Of a DNA stretch of 64,000 nucleotides, positions 39,753 through 48,801 are shown in pieces. The notes under the pieces were generated by a model that was not told the origin of the DNA, did no database searches, and saw nothing but the letters and a program-made list of their open reading frames with translations. Origin of the DNA: Pseudomonadales bacterium (GTDB lineage: Bacteria > Pseudomonadota > Gammaproteobacteria > Pseudomonadales > Azotimanducaceae); contig JAYGFA010000047.1 of assembly GCA_046582115.1 (NCBI GenBank), positions 207 through 64,206 on the forward strand. Reading direction: 5' to 3'. Within the stretch, counting starts at the first letter, position 1. Every line of letters starts with the position of its first letter. The position numbers and the translations under genes were made by a program.

Positions 39753-40547
39753 ATGGCGTACGAACAAATAGTTACAGAAACCGTAGACCGGGTTGGCGTG
39801 CTCCGCCTCAATCGTCCGGAAAAACTCAACGCGTGGACGAGTCAGATGGCAACCGAGATCCAAAATCAGATCACCGCCTGGAACAACGACTCAGGTATCG
39901 GTGCAATTCTAGTGACCGGTGAAGGCCGAGCGTTCTGCGCAGGCGCGGACATTGGTGTGTTCGCAGAACGAGTCGAAACCAACCGCGACGGCCAGGGCGA
40001 ACAACTGGCGCGGGGCGGTGCGAGTTTCACTCATTTTATTCGTGAATCAAAACCGACGGTGGCCGCAATCAATGGCTACGCGGTAGGCGTTGGGCTCACA
40101 ATGATTCTCCCATTCGACATTCGTATTGCGTCAACCAGTGCACTCTTAAGTATTAGGTTTATCAAGATGGGGCTAATGCCCGAACTGGGTTCGACTCGTC
40201 TTCTCGCGGAACTTGTGGGCCTGGGTAACGCCACCGACATGTGCTTGACCGGGAGAATGGTTCCGGCAGACGAAGCCGTCAACATGGGGCTTGTAAGCGC
40301 AGTAACCGAACCGGACGAACTTTTCGAATCCGCGCTCGCGAAAGCTGCAGAAATCGCAAATAATTCAACCCGCGCGGTGATGATGATCAAGGAACTATTG
40401 CGCAAGAACCCCATGGACCGTGACCTGGAAGCTGTCATGGAGCGTGAGAATCTCCGTGATCAAATCGCGCGCCGTCTTCCTGATCACGCCGAAGCGGTGA
40501 GTGCATTCATTGCGAAACGCGACCCGGAGTTCAACAAGCAGGACTGA
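39753..40547 (+). CDS. enoyl-CoA hydratase/isomerase
   Basis: VTGEGRAFCAGADI, INGYAVGVGLTM. Confidence 0.85.
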   Translation: MAYEQIVTETVDRVGVLRLNRPEKLNAWTSQMATEIQNQITAWNNDSGIGAILVTGEGRAFCAGADIGVFAERVETNRDGQGEQLARGGASFTHFIRESKPTVAAINGYAVGVGLTMILPFDIRIASTSALLSIRFIKMGLMPELGSTRLLAELVGLGNATDMCLTGRMVPADEAVNMGLVSAVTEPDELFESALAKAAEIANNSTRAVMMIKELLRKNPMDRDLEAVMERENLRDQIARRLPDHAEAVSAFIAKRDPEFNKQD

Positions 40548-40582
40548 TCCCCTTACCAGGCTCGTGATCTTACTATATTGGA

Positions 40583-41728
40583 TTAGTAACCCTCGAGATC
40601 CCCATAGCGATTGCGGTGGAAATTCACGTCACCCAGGGTCTGCTCAGTCACCGCGGCACGCTTGATGAAGAAACCGATGTCGAATTCATCGGTCATTCCA
40701 ATACCGCCGTGCATCTGAATACCTTCCCGCGACACCGTGTGAAAAGTCTCACCGACTTTAGCCTTCGTTAAACTTGCGAGCTTCGCGATCTCACTAGGGT
40801 CACGCTCTTCGTCCAATGCAGTCAACGCTTCCAAAACAACTGACTTCGAGAGTTCAACCTCGCAGAACATGTTGGCCGCGCGATGTTTGAGCGCTTGAAA
40901 AGAACCAATGGGAACACCAAATTGCTCTCGATCCTTGAGGTACTGTACCGTTCGTTCGAAACACTCCTGGGTGCTGCCGAGCATCTCCGCAGAGATCCCG
41001 ATCCGTCCGATATCTAATGTCGGATCAAGGATGTCGGCACCTTTACCTTCGTCACCAATGCGGGCACCACTCGCGACCGCCACATTGTTGAAATCGATAT
41101 TGGCAGCGTTACGGCTGTCAACCATTTTCGTCCGTGTCACTGTCACTCCATCGGCCTCTCGATCGACGAGAAAAAGCGTCAAACCATCACGTTCGCCGGG
41201 CGCACCCGACGTTCTCGCAACGACGATCAACTGATCCGCAACATGCCCGTCCAGTACAAACTTCTTCGAGCCCGAAATCGTATAGCCATCATCCGACGCC
41301 GATGCTGAGGTAGCAATCCCATAAGGATCATGTCGGTGTGACTCTTCCAACGCCAGGGCGAGCAGAAGTTCACCGGCCACAACTTTCGGCAGAATCTCAG
41401 TTTTCTGATCATCCGAACCACCAATGTTTACCGCCGTACCACCGAGCCATACGCTCGCAAAGAGCGGGCTTGCCGACAAAGTTCGTCCTGTTTCTTCCGT
41501 GATGACCCCGAGTCCCTTGTAGCCGAAACCAATCCCGCCGTGCTCTTCGGGGAAAGGTGCGCCTGCGAAACCGAGTTCGACCATCGACGACCATGTGTCT
41601 CGATCAAAACCATCCGCGTTGTCTTCATCCCGAAGCCGACGGAGTTGATCGATGGGGGCCTTATCCGTACAGAACGACTTCGCCACGTCTTTAAGCTGGT
41701 TTTGCTCTTCATCAAGAATCATCGGCAT
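40583..41728 (-). CDS. acyl-CoA dehydrogenase
   Basis: GIQMHGGIGMTDEFDIGFF C-terminal motif and FPEEHGG. Start ATG 41728 is preceded by GAGGGGAAAGAAG. Confidence 0.85.
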   Translation of the reverse strand: MPMILDEEQNQLKDVAKSFCTDKAPIDQLRRLRDEDNADGFDRDTWSSMVELGFAGAPFPEEHGGIGFGYKGLGVITEETGRTLSASPLFASVWLGGTAVNIGGSDDQKTEILPKVVAGELLLALALEESHRHDPYGIATSASASDDGYTISGSKKFVLDGHVADQLIVVARTSGAPGERDGLTLFLVDREADGVTVTRTKMVDSRNAANIDFNNVAVASGARIGDEGKGADILDPTLDIGRIGISAEMLGSTQECFERTVQYLKDREQFGVPIGSFQALKHRAANMFCEVELSKSVVLEALTALDEERDPSEIAKLASLTKAKVGETFHTVSREGIQMHGGIGMTDEFDIGFFIKRAAVTEQTLGDVNFHRNRYGDLEGY

Positions 41729-42047
41729 CTTCTTTCCCCTCGTCTCATTTTGACCGCCGTGCTCAACCTCCGGCCTTGTATCATATTCAACTGTGTTCGC
41801 GAATTGCACCGTCGCCGATCGATAATTCGAACAGGCCAGAACGTGCGCTAGGCCGAGATTTCGACCCGCCTATTTGTATACCCTTCCCCAATGCCCAATA
41901 TGCTTGGCCGAACAATGGAATCAGACTTTTGCGTTGGCGGTCAACCGGCTAACCACGTTTGCGCGCCTAATGTCAACGAAAGGGCCTGGTCGTGGCCCTC
42001 GATAATCCGTACGTGAGCGCCGCGCTGACGCGACAATCGAGCTAACG

Positions 42048-42701
42048 ATGTCAGTTACCGAATTACAGTCCAAGTTGGAATTTACGCTACCTTATGGCCA
42101 TCTAGAAGTGGTTAGCGTTCCCGGTTACGAAGGCATCAAGCTCGCCCTCATCAATCGTGATTTTCCGATCGGTCCGCTGCCCCAGAACGTGATGAATGCC
42201 GTCATTAAAGACCCTGCCTATTGGGCTTTTTGTTGGGGCAGTGGCGTAGCGCTCGCGCGTTATCTACGAAGGCACACGGGAATTGTCTCGGGCCTGCGCG
42301 TCCTCGATCTCGGCTCAGGCTCGGGAGTCGTTGCAATAGCCGCCTTACTTAACGGTGCCAAACTGGTCGTGGCATGCGACACAGACCCAAACGCGCGCCT
42401 GGCCATTAAAGTCAACGCGGATATCAACAATGTCGCTATCGCGACCACCGGGAACGCGTCGGGTCATTTCGACATTGCGTTACTCGCCGATGTCCTTTAC
42501 GACCCCTGTAACCAAGACGTACTCGACGAAACGCTAGGGCTGGCCGACACCGTGTTAGTGGCAGATTCCCGCGTAAAACACACACCGCGAGGTTTTCGTC
42601 ATATCGAGTCTATGTCCGCGCGCACATTCCCAAATCTAGGCGAATTCGACGAATTTCGTACCGTTAAACTATTTCGCTGGGATCGGTTCGCCAACGCATA
42701 A
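42048..42701 (+). CDS. class I SAM-dependent methyltransferase (PrmA/Methyltransf_16-like)
   Basis: VLDLGSGSGVVAIAAL motif I followed by the acidic loop ACDTD. Confidence 0.7.
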   Translation: MSVTELQSKLEFTLPYGHLEVVSVPGYEGIKLALINRDFPIGPLPQNVMNAVIKDPAYWAFCWGSGVALARYLRRHTGIVSGLRVLDLGSGSGVVAIAALLNGAKLVVACDTDPNARLAIKVNADINNVAIATTGNASGHFDIALLADVLYDPCNQDVLDETLGLADTVLVADSRVKHTPRGFRHIESMSARTFPNLGEFDEFRTVKLFRWDRFANA

Positions 42702-42892
42702 ACCAGTATGGACCCGGCCGTCGCCTTGTCGGTTTCGCTTTATCCAAGGGGATTGCGCTCTAGACCTTCCTCGTCTTGACGCGGTCAGTGACAAATGGGT
42801 TCGAACGTAAACAAAGTAATCGAGAGTTTCGGCCCGAGCTCGAATCAAGTTACTCTTTCGGTGCAATCATTAACTGGAATCTGGGGGTAGCG

Positions 42893-43732
42893 GTGAGCCT
42901 ATACAAAGAAATTCTCTACGAAATAACCGGTTCAGTGGCGGTTTTGACCATGAACCGACCCGAGACGTTGAATGCCTTGACCAATCTGACGCAAGCGGAG
43001 ATCCGGCACGCGCTCGGGGAATCCGAAAAGAACGCGAACGTTATCGGCACTGTGCTCACTGGCGCAGGTCGTGGGTTCTGCTCGGGCGTCGACATGAACG
43101 CGCTGGGTGCAATGAGTGAAGCGGGCAAACGTCTCGGGAACACGCACGAGCACCTCGTGTCGGATCCTGGTAACCCAGACGATGATCCAAATTTCAAAGT
43201 TGCGACTGCCTATTTTCTTGGACTACGAAAACCCTTGATTGCGGCGATTAACGGTGCTTGCGCCGGCCTCGGCTTCAGTTATGCGACTTTTTGTGATCTC
43301 CGCTTCGTCGAACGCACCGCGCGATTAACAACGTCATTCGCACAGCGAGGTTTGATTGCAGAGCACGGCACCAGCTGGTTGTTGCCTAGGATAATCGGCC
43401 CAGCTCACGCGTTGGACCTTCTCTGGAGCTCACGAAAATTCGAGGGCGACGAAGCGTACCGCATAGGCTACGCCAACCGACTCTGTGAACCTGGGGAGTG
43501 TGTCCAGGACGCAATCGAGTTCCTCGAACAAATCGCGGGAACCGCAGCACCCATGTCCTTAATGATGATGAAAAAACAGATCTACAGGCATCTAAACCAG
43601 GAGTTGGGCCCCGCGATGGCGGAGTCTAACCAATGGATGGACGAAAGCCTTGCCCGAGGTGATTTTAAAGAAGGCGTCAGTTCCTTCGTCGAAAAACGGC
43701 CTCCCGATTTCCAACGAATCATGATCGATTGA
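42893..43732 (+). CDS. enoyl-CoA hydratase/isomerase
   Basis: LTGAGRGFCSGVDM, INGACAGLGF. GTG start 42893 chosen so that the N-terminus matches the crotonase start (LYEITGSVAVLTMNRPE). Confidence 0.8.
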   Translation: MSLYKEILYEITGSVAVLTMNRPETLNALTNLTQAEIRHALGESEKNANVIGTVLTGAGRGFCSGVDMNALGAMSEAGKRLGNTHEHLVSDPGNPDDDPNFKVATAYFLGLRKPLIAAINGACAGLGFSYATFCDLRFVERTARLTTSFAQRGLIAEHGTSWLLPRIIGPAHALDLLWSSRKFEGDEAYRIGYANRLCEPGECVQDAIEFLEQIAGTAAPMSLMMMKKQIYRHLNQELGPAMAESNQWMDESLARGDFKEGVSSFVEKRPPDFQRIMID

Positions 43733-43748
43733 TCAAGGAGCAACGACT

Positions 43749-44531
43749 ATGAGCGTCATCGCTACGGATCACACGAACGTTGACTGGAGTCAGATTGTCG
43801 CCGATCTGAATCGGTTCCTTCGGCTGAGAACCACTCCCATCGGCATGAAAATGTTCGAAAACAAATCAGATATGGAAGCAATCCCGAAAATACGCCGACC
43901 CTCGGACGTCCACACCACAGATCAGATCGTCGGGCAGGCGTGTCGTAACGGTTGGACCGTTGGCATCACCGCCGAAGACCTCGTGGGTGCGCAGTGTCAG
44001 GTGGTCATTGGCCTCGCGCCTCGTAGCGAAGAGTGGCTGTCCGGAAGCAATATGGCCGGCGTTTGGTACGAAACAAAGGAAGAATCTTCCAGACACCAGC
44101 GCGCGATGGATGTTGCTCCGTACGGGGCGTTCGAAGCCATGGCCGTTAGTCCACTCGCAAGTGGTCGCCTATCTCCTCCAGATATTTGCCTTATCTACGC
44201 CACACCCGCGCAAATGATCTTGTTCATTAACGGGTTGCAGTGGGCCGGCTACAAGAAACTGGAGTGGGGATGTGTAGGCGAAAGCGCCTGTGCCGACAGT
44301 TGGGGCCGCGCACTCGCAACGGGAGAACCGAGTCTTTCGATCCCCTGTTTTGCGGAACGACGCTACGGGGGAGTGATGGAGGACGAATTGCTGATGGCTA
44401 TTCCACCACATTTCTTGCCCAAAGTGATCGACGGACTTGACCACTTGTCTCGCAATGGCTTGCGCTACCCCATCCCTCAGTACGGTATCAACAATGATGT
44501 TAGAGCTGGGATGAACGTCAGCTATCAGTGA
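43749..44531 (+). CDS. DUF169-like protein
   Basis: 260 aa. N-terminal LRLRTTPIGMKMF resembles the DUF169 start. Recalled from memory only. Confidence 0.4.
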   Translation: MSVIATDHTNVDWSQIVADLNRFLRLRTTPIGMKMFENKSDMEAIPKIRRPSDVHTTDQIVGQACRNGWTVGITAEDLVGAQCQVVIGLAPRSEEWLSGSNMAGVWYETKEESSRHQRAMDVAPYGAFEAMAVSPLASGRLSPPDICLIYATPAQMILFINGLQWAGYKKLEWGCVGESACADSWGRALATGEPSLSIPCFAERRYGGVMEDELLMAIPPHFLPKVIDGLDHLSRNGLRYPIPQYGINNDVRAGMNVSYQ

Positions 44532-45398
44532 GCTGGGCCTCTTTCGCATCCCCGAGAGACAATACAGCTTCGCGTAACACCTCGGTCAGCGCGTGACGAG
44601 ATTGACATCGTTCTAGCTCTCGGTGCGAAATCGGAGCACCGATCTTGAACCGAACGGTATCGCCTCTCATCTTAAGGGCCTCGCGTATCAAGGTCGCCAT
44701 ACGCAGCGGCTCGCTCAGCCAACTCGCGAAATGAAACAAACGGCTGTTTTGACCAAAAAATACACTGGTACGACGGTCGCTTTGCTTGCTTCCAGTAATT
44801 TGCGAACGTACGTCGACCAGGGAAACTCGGTAACCTGTCCAAAACTCGCGCGAGTCGTTGCAGTGGAAACCATGCCTGACGGAAAGATCAACACGGTTCC
44901 TCGTTCGTCAAGCATCTTTCGAGCGCGCCGTCGGGTATTCACGTGGTTGCGGACCGCAGCCCGGTTGGATTCAAATTCGATGGGAAGAAAGTACAGTACT
45001 AGGTCCTTGTCTTGGCATAGAACCGAATAAATAATGATGCCAAACGTCCCCCGAGTGCGAGTCGCGAGGTCGCACAACACAGCACCATCAACGATTCCGA
45101 AGCGATGATTTGCGACAAAGACCACGGGTCCTTGATCTGAAATAACGGTTTCTATTTCGCCGCTACGCTCGACGTTAATCGAAGCAAGGCACAGCGCGTC
45201 CGCAATAAAATGTTTCAATTCAAACGGTGTCCGTTTGAGTTCATCGTAGATCCTTTGCATTTCTTGGCTACCCAAAAGCCGCTCCATGACGCGCATGTAG
45301 ATCGCCTTGAGGCAAGGGTCGTTCGGTTCAACATACGAAATAACGGGCCTTTCCCGCGTATAAGCCGAACGTCCGGCGTTCGACGTCGTCGTGCTCAT
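44518..45398 (-). pseudogene. lysophospholipid (PlsC-type) acyltransferase split by a -1 frame change in a T6 run
   Basis: ORF 44715..45398 carries NHRFGIVDG (HX4D) and ends ...VVPVYF. The family-typical continuation GQNSRLFHFASWLS...RFKIGAPI is in the -1 frame (ORF 44518..44739). The junction is TAT TTT TTG G at 44755-44763. Confidence 0.75.
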
Positions 45399-45504
45399 GA
45401 AAACGGTCGAAGAAGTCTGCGAGATTCCATGAACAATCCCGTTAGTCTGTCAAACAGTGTTACCTGGGTCCCCGGTCTTACGCGAGCGGTTACCAGAATA
45501 TGCG

Positions 45505-46773
45505 TCATACCGTGCGCTGATATACGCGCCAAAAACGTCGGTGCAGGTCGAGTGTATGGACGCGCATGATCTCGACGCCACGACTCGCTAATTTTGCCGA
45601 CACAGCTAATGTTTCAGGGTCGCGTTCGCTCGGCGGGACCTTCGTCATTGACTCAAGATAAGACTTTCGACTATGGCCAAACAATAAGCGACAGTCGAGT
45701 TCCATCAATTCTCGTGCTCGACCTATGATTTCAAGAGACTGCGTCTGAGTCTTACCAAAACCAATGCCCGGATCGATGATCACACGTTCGCGCGCTATGC
45801 CCGCTCTTTCAAGTATTTCAAGGCGTTCGCCAAACCAAATGCGAAGAACAGCTAGCGGATCGCAATCGAGTGGCAGCACGTTATTGGGATCGGCGGGCAC
45901 CGACAAACTATGCATTAGTACGAGATCGCATCGACTATCCGCGAGAACCTCAATCATTTCTCGATCAGCGAGACCACTGACATCGTTAACGATCGAAGCA
46001 CCGGCCTCGATCGCCCGAGCGGCGGTCGCTGGCGATCTTGTGTCGATGCTTATTTTCGGTCGAAGCAGCCGCCCCGAAAAATGTTGATCGAGATGCTCCA
46101 GCACGGGTCCGACCCGGCGCCACTCCGTTTCGGGATCAACGTCGACGGCACCAGGGCGTGTCGATTCGCCACCAATATCGATGTAATTGCCGTCGAGCAA
46201 TTCGGGTTGCACCGCGGTTGGCTCATCGTCCTTTAACCAGCGTCCACCATCTGAAAACGAGTCGGGCGTAACGTTGATCACGCCCATCCACGCGGGCAGC
46301 GATTCATCGATCCGCCGCTTGAGCTGCAGCACGGTTTCCTTCGTACCAGGGAGACGGCGGGATGGAACGATTTCTGCCAAAGGGGCGAGCACGAAGGCGC
46401 GTTCCCTCACGCCAACGTGAGGAATAACGAGGTCGGGCGTGGTGATTGTCTCGTCATCGTACGCCAGCAAATCAACATCGATAATTCTGGGAGCCCATCG
46501 CTCTGCGTCGGCCCGGCCGAGGCGTCTCTCGATTGCTTGAGTTGCCGCCAACAGGTCATGGGGCTTCAAGGACGTTGAAAGTTCTACAGCTACGTTCAGG
46601 AAGGGTTTGTCCCACGTCGGCGGTGAACCTGGCGCAAGTAGCGCTTCACTCTCGTACAACGTAGACCATCGAAGCAGTGACGTTCCTGATAGCCCCGCCA
46701 ACGCTTCCATGCCTTTTTCCATATTGACGCATCGGTCTCCAAGGTTAGACCCGAGACCAAGCAACACGGTCAT
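45505..46773 (-). CDS. folKP: bifunctional HPPK (FolK) / dihydropteroate synthase (FolP)
   Basis: N-terminal LGLGSNLGD, ERWAPRIIDVDLL and IPHVGVRERAFVL match canonical HPPK. The C-terminal part has GVINVTPDSFSDGG and the rest of DHPS. Start ATG 46773 overlaps the upstream stop (ATGA). Confidence 0.9.
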   Translation of the reverse strand: MTVLLGLGSNLGDRCVNMEKGMEALAGLSGTSLLRWSTLYESEALLAPGSPPTWDKPFLNVAVELSTSLKPHDLLAATQAIERRLGRADAERWAPRIIDVDLLAYDDETITTPDLVIPHVGVRERAFVLAPLAEIVPSRRLPGTKETVLQLKRRIDESLPAWMGVINVTPDSFSDGGRWLKDDEPTAVQPELLDGNYIDIGGESTRPGAVDVDPETEWRRVGPVLEHLDQHFSGRLLRPKISIDTRSPATAARAIEAGASIVNDVSGLADREMIEVLADSRCDLVLMHSLSVPADPNNVLPLDCDPLAVLRIWFGERLEILERAGIARERVIIDPGIGFGKTQTQSLEIIGRARELMELDCRLLFGHSRKSYLESMTKVPPSERDPETLAVSAKLASRGVEIMRVHTLDLHRRFWRVYQRTV

Positions 46774-47648
46774 CGACGCGTTCGCATGATGAAGGCCGTT
46801 CCTCCACGGAGATCTGGGATGGGGGGGTGGCATTTACGTACTTCAAGCGTTAGTTCAGAACCAGATTCCGTCAACATCTCGCTCAATTCGTCTAAGCAAC
46901 ATCCGGCAAGATGTTCAATCGTCCGAAACGCACGGGAACCGACGAGCGCGATAACGTGTCGGCACATAACGCCGTAGTCTAGGGTTCCATCGATCTCATC
47001 GGTACTGCACGCCTCGGGCACGCTCGGAAACGTGACGTTAATGGAGATCGACACTTCCTGCGGATTCTCGCGTTCACTATCCGGTACGCCAAGACGGACG
47101 TCCACGCGGAGATCGTCTACCCGTAATTCTGGTCGTACTTGCGTTTGCGTTGAAACGGAGCTACACGCTACCGGGTGAACCGTGAGCGGTACCTCTTCGC
47201 GCTCCAGCCGAGACCAAAGCTCAGCAAACGTTCTACCAACCACGGGATGAACCCGTTCCGGTTCCAATTCAGACAAAGGCTTCAAGTAGTAAGCAGCCGT
47301 GACAGTTTCCGGGCGCGGTAAAACCAGGCGGTCATTCTCAATAACCACGTCCCCGAACAATAGTAAATCAAGATCGATCGTTTTCGATGCCAATCGCGGC
47401 GCCGCCAAGTCTTTGCCACCCCGGATTTCGATTTCATGGAGGACCCCAAGCACTTCCGACAACTGGATCATCGTTCGAAAACGAACCACCAGATTGACGA
47501 AATCATCACCCTTAAAACCGACGGCTGGGTTTCGATATGCCGTGGATAGCTCGATTGCCCCAAATCGCTCGCGCAAATCCGTGAGGGCTGCGCCGATACG
47601 CACATCCGGATCGACGTTGCTGCCAATCCCGACAAAAACATCAGTCAT
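46770..47648 (-). CDS. fusion of a divergent HPPK-like domain with a dihydroneopterin aldolase (FolB/FolX-like) domain
   Basis: N-terminus VGIGSNVD...TIDLDLLLFG is HPPK-like. C-terminus LRVDVRLGVPDSERENPQ...LDYG...FRTIEHLA...EVRKCHP is FolB-like. Start at internal ATG 47648. Confidence 0.75.
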   Translation of the reverse strand: MTDVFVGIGSNVDPDVRIGAALTDLRERFGAIELSTAYRNPAVGFKGDDFVNLVVRFRTMIQLSEVLGVLHEIEIRGGKDLAAPRLASKTIDLDLLLFGDVVIENDRLVLPRPETVTAAYYLKPLSELEPERVHPVVGRTFAELWSRLEREEVPLTVHPVACSSVSTQTQVRPELRVDDLRVDVRLGVPDSERENPQEVSISINVTFPSVPEACSTDEIDGTLDYGVMCRHVIALVGSRAFRTIEHLAGCCLDELSEMLTESGSELTLEVRKCHPPIPDLRGGTAFIMRTRR

Positions 47649-47670
47649 AGTAATCAGGTTGAAGCGTTCC

Positions 47671-48714
47671 TCAGCCAGCGGCGACCATGAAGTCACGATC
47701 TGCCAAGGCGTCAAATTGCGCCAGCACACGCCTGCCTTCACCGTGCTTGAGGATGCGTTCTTTAATAACGTTGTATTGTTGTTCGGCGGCGATACGAGGC
47801 TGCTGTTCCGTCGCCCAAGCAATGAGTTGTTCCCAAAACGGGTCCAGCACGTTGCTTCCTAATGCGGTCCCTCCATCTTCCGTTTTGAAGTGCAAGGACC
47901 GCAATTCACCAATGTATAGGCGTAGAGATTCGACATGGATTCGTTCGTCCGTCCGAATCCTCTCGACAATTTCCGCCGCCAACTCTGCTTCCGCACGTTT
48001 ATCGGTAAACAAATCATCGGTACGCAATGTTTCCTGTGTATTGGCGAATCCAATTTCGGCGCGAAATTCGATCACCAACAAATTCATCAAAAAACTGAGT
48101 GCCATTTCGTACGGCTGCGGAATTTGCGGCATCCACCGTCTGCCTGCCTCTGCACGACTTATACCTTGAGGCGGTTCGATGTCGGGGAATGCACCAGGAC
48201 CAAAAACCAAATCGCGCGTAACAAACCACATTACGTCGTGACCTCCGATGCCCTTTTCAGGTTGACCACCTTCGTCAATTCCGTGGGCTTCAAGAAGACC
48301 CGTCTTTAGGTGGCCGATCGCCATTTGGCCGATGTCTTCAACCACTAAATCTTGCATGTCCGGGAATGGCATGTCGGCAATCATCCGTCCACGCCCTTCG
48401 ATTTTTCCGGTAATCGTCAAGGTATTCCAGAAGGTTTGTCCAAGGCCTTCACGGATCAACAAGCGCTGTTGCTCCGAATTCGGTACCCGAGGCCCGCTCA
48501 AAAGAGACGCGTCAGCATCTAAAAGATCACCACCGCGATCACGCAGAGCGTCGGCCCAATTGGCGATCGCCACACCCCGTATTTTTGAGCGCGGTGGAAT
48601 ATAATCGCCGTCGGAACTGAATCCGCCATGTAATACCTGGCTATCGACGACATGCGCCGAAGCAAAATCGTGGTCCGTCATTAACTCGTCACGCGAGAAT
48701 AGAAGTTTCGCCAT
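47671..48714 (-). CDS. hypothetical protein (347 aa), first gene of the pterin operon
   Basis: Long ORF with SD AGGAG 7 nt upstream of ATG 48714 and protein-like composition. No family recognised. Helical C-terminal half contains D-E-R-I-H. Confidence 0.7.
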   Translation of the reverse strand: MAKLLFSRDELMTDHDFASAHVVDSQVLHGGFSSDGDYIPPRSKIRGVAIANWADALRDRGGDLLDADASLLSGPRVPNSEQQRLLIREGLGQTFWNTLTITGKIEGRGRMIADMPFPDMQDLVVEDIGQMAIGHLKTGLLEAHGIDEGGQPEKGIGGHDVMWFVTRDLVFGPGAFPDIEPPQGISRAEAGRRWMPQIPQPYEMALSFLMNLLVIEFRAEIGFANTQETLRTDDLFTDKRAEAELAAEIVERIRTDERIHVESLRLYIGELRSLHFKTEDGGTALGSNVLDPFWEQLIAWATEQQPRIAAEQQYNVIKERILKHGEGRRVLAQFDALADRDFMVAAG

Positions 48715-48801
48715 GACGGCACTCCTGGTAATCCAAGCTCTGCGATTCTAACCCAAGTTAACGGTCGCGGTAGGTGCCCCGACATGGTGGGTGCCCGGAG
48801 C

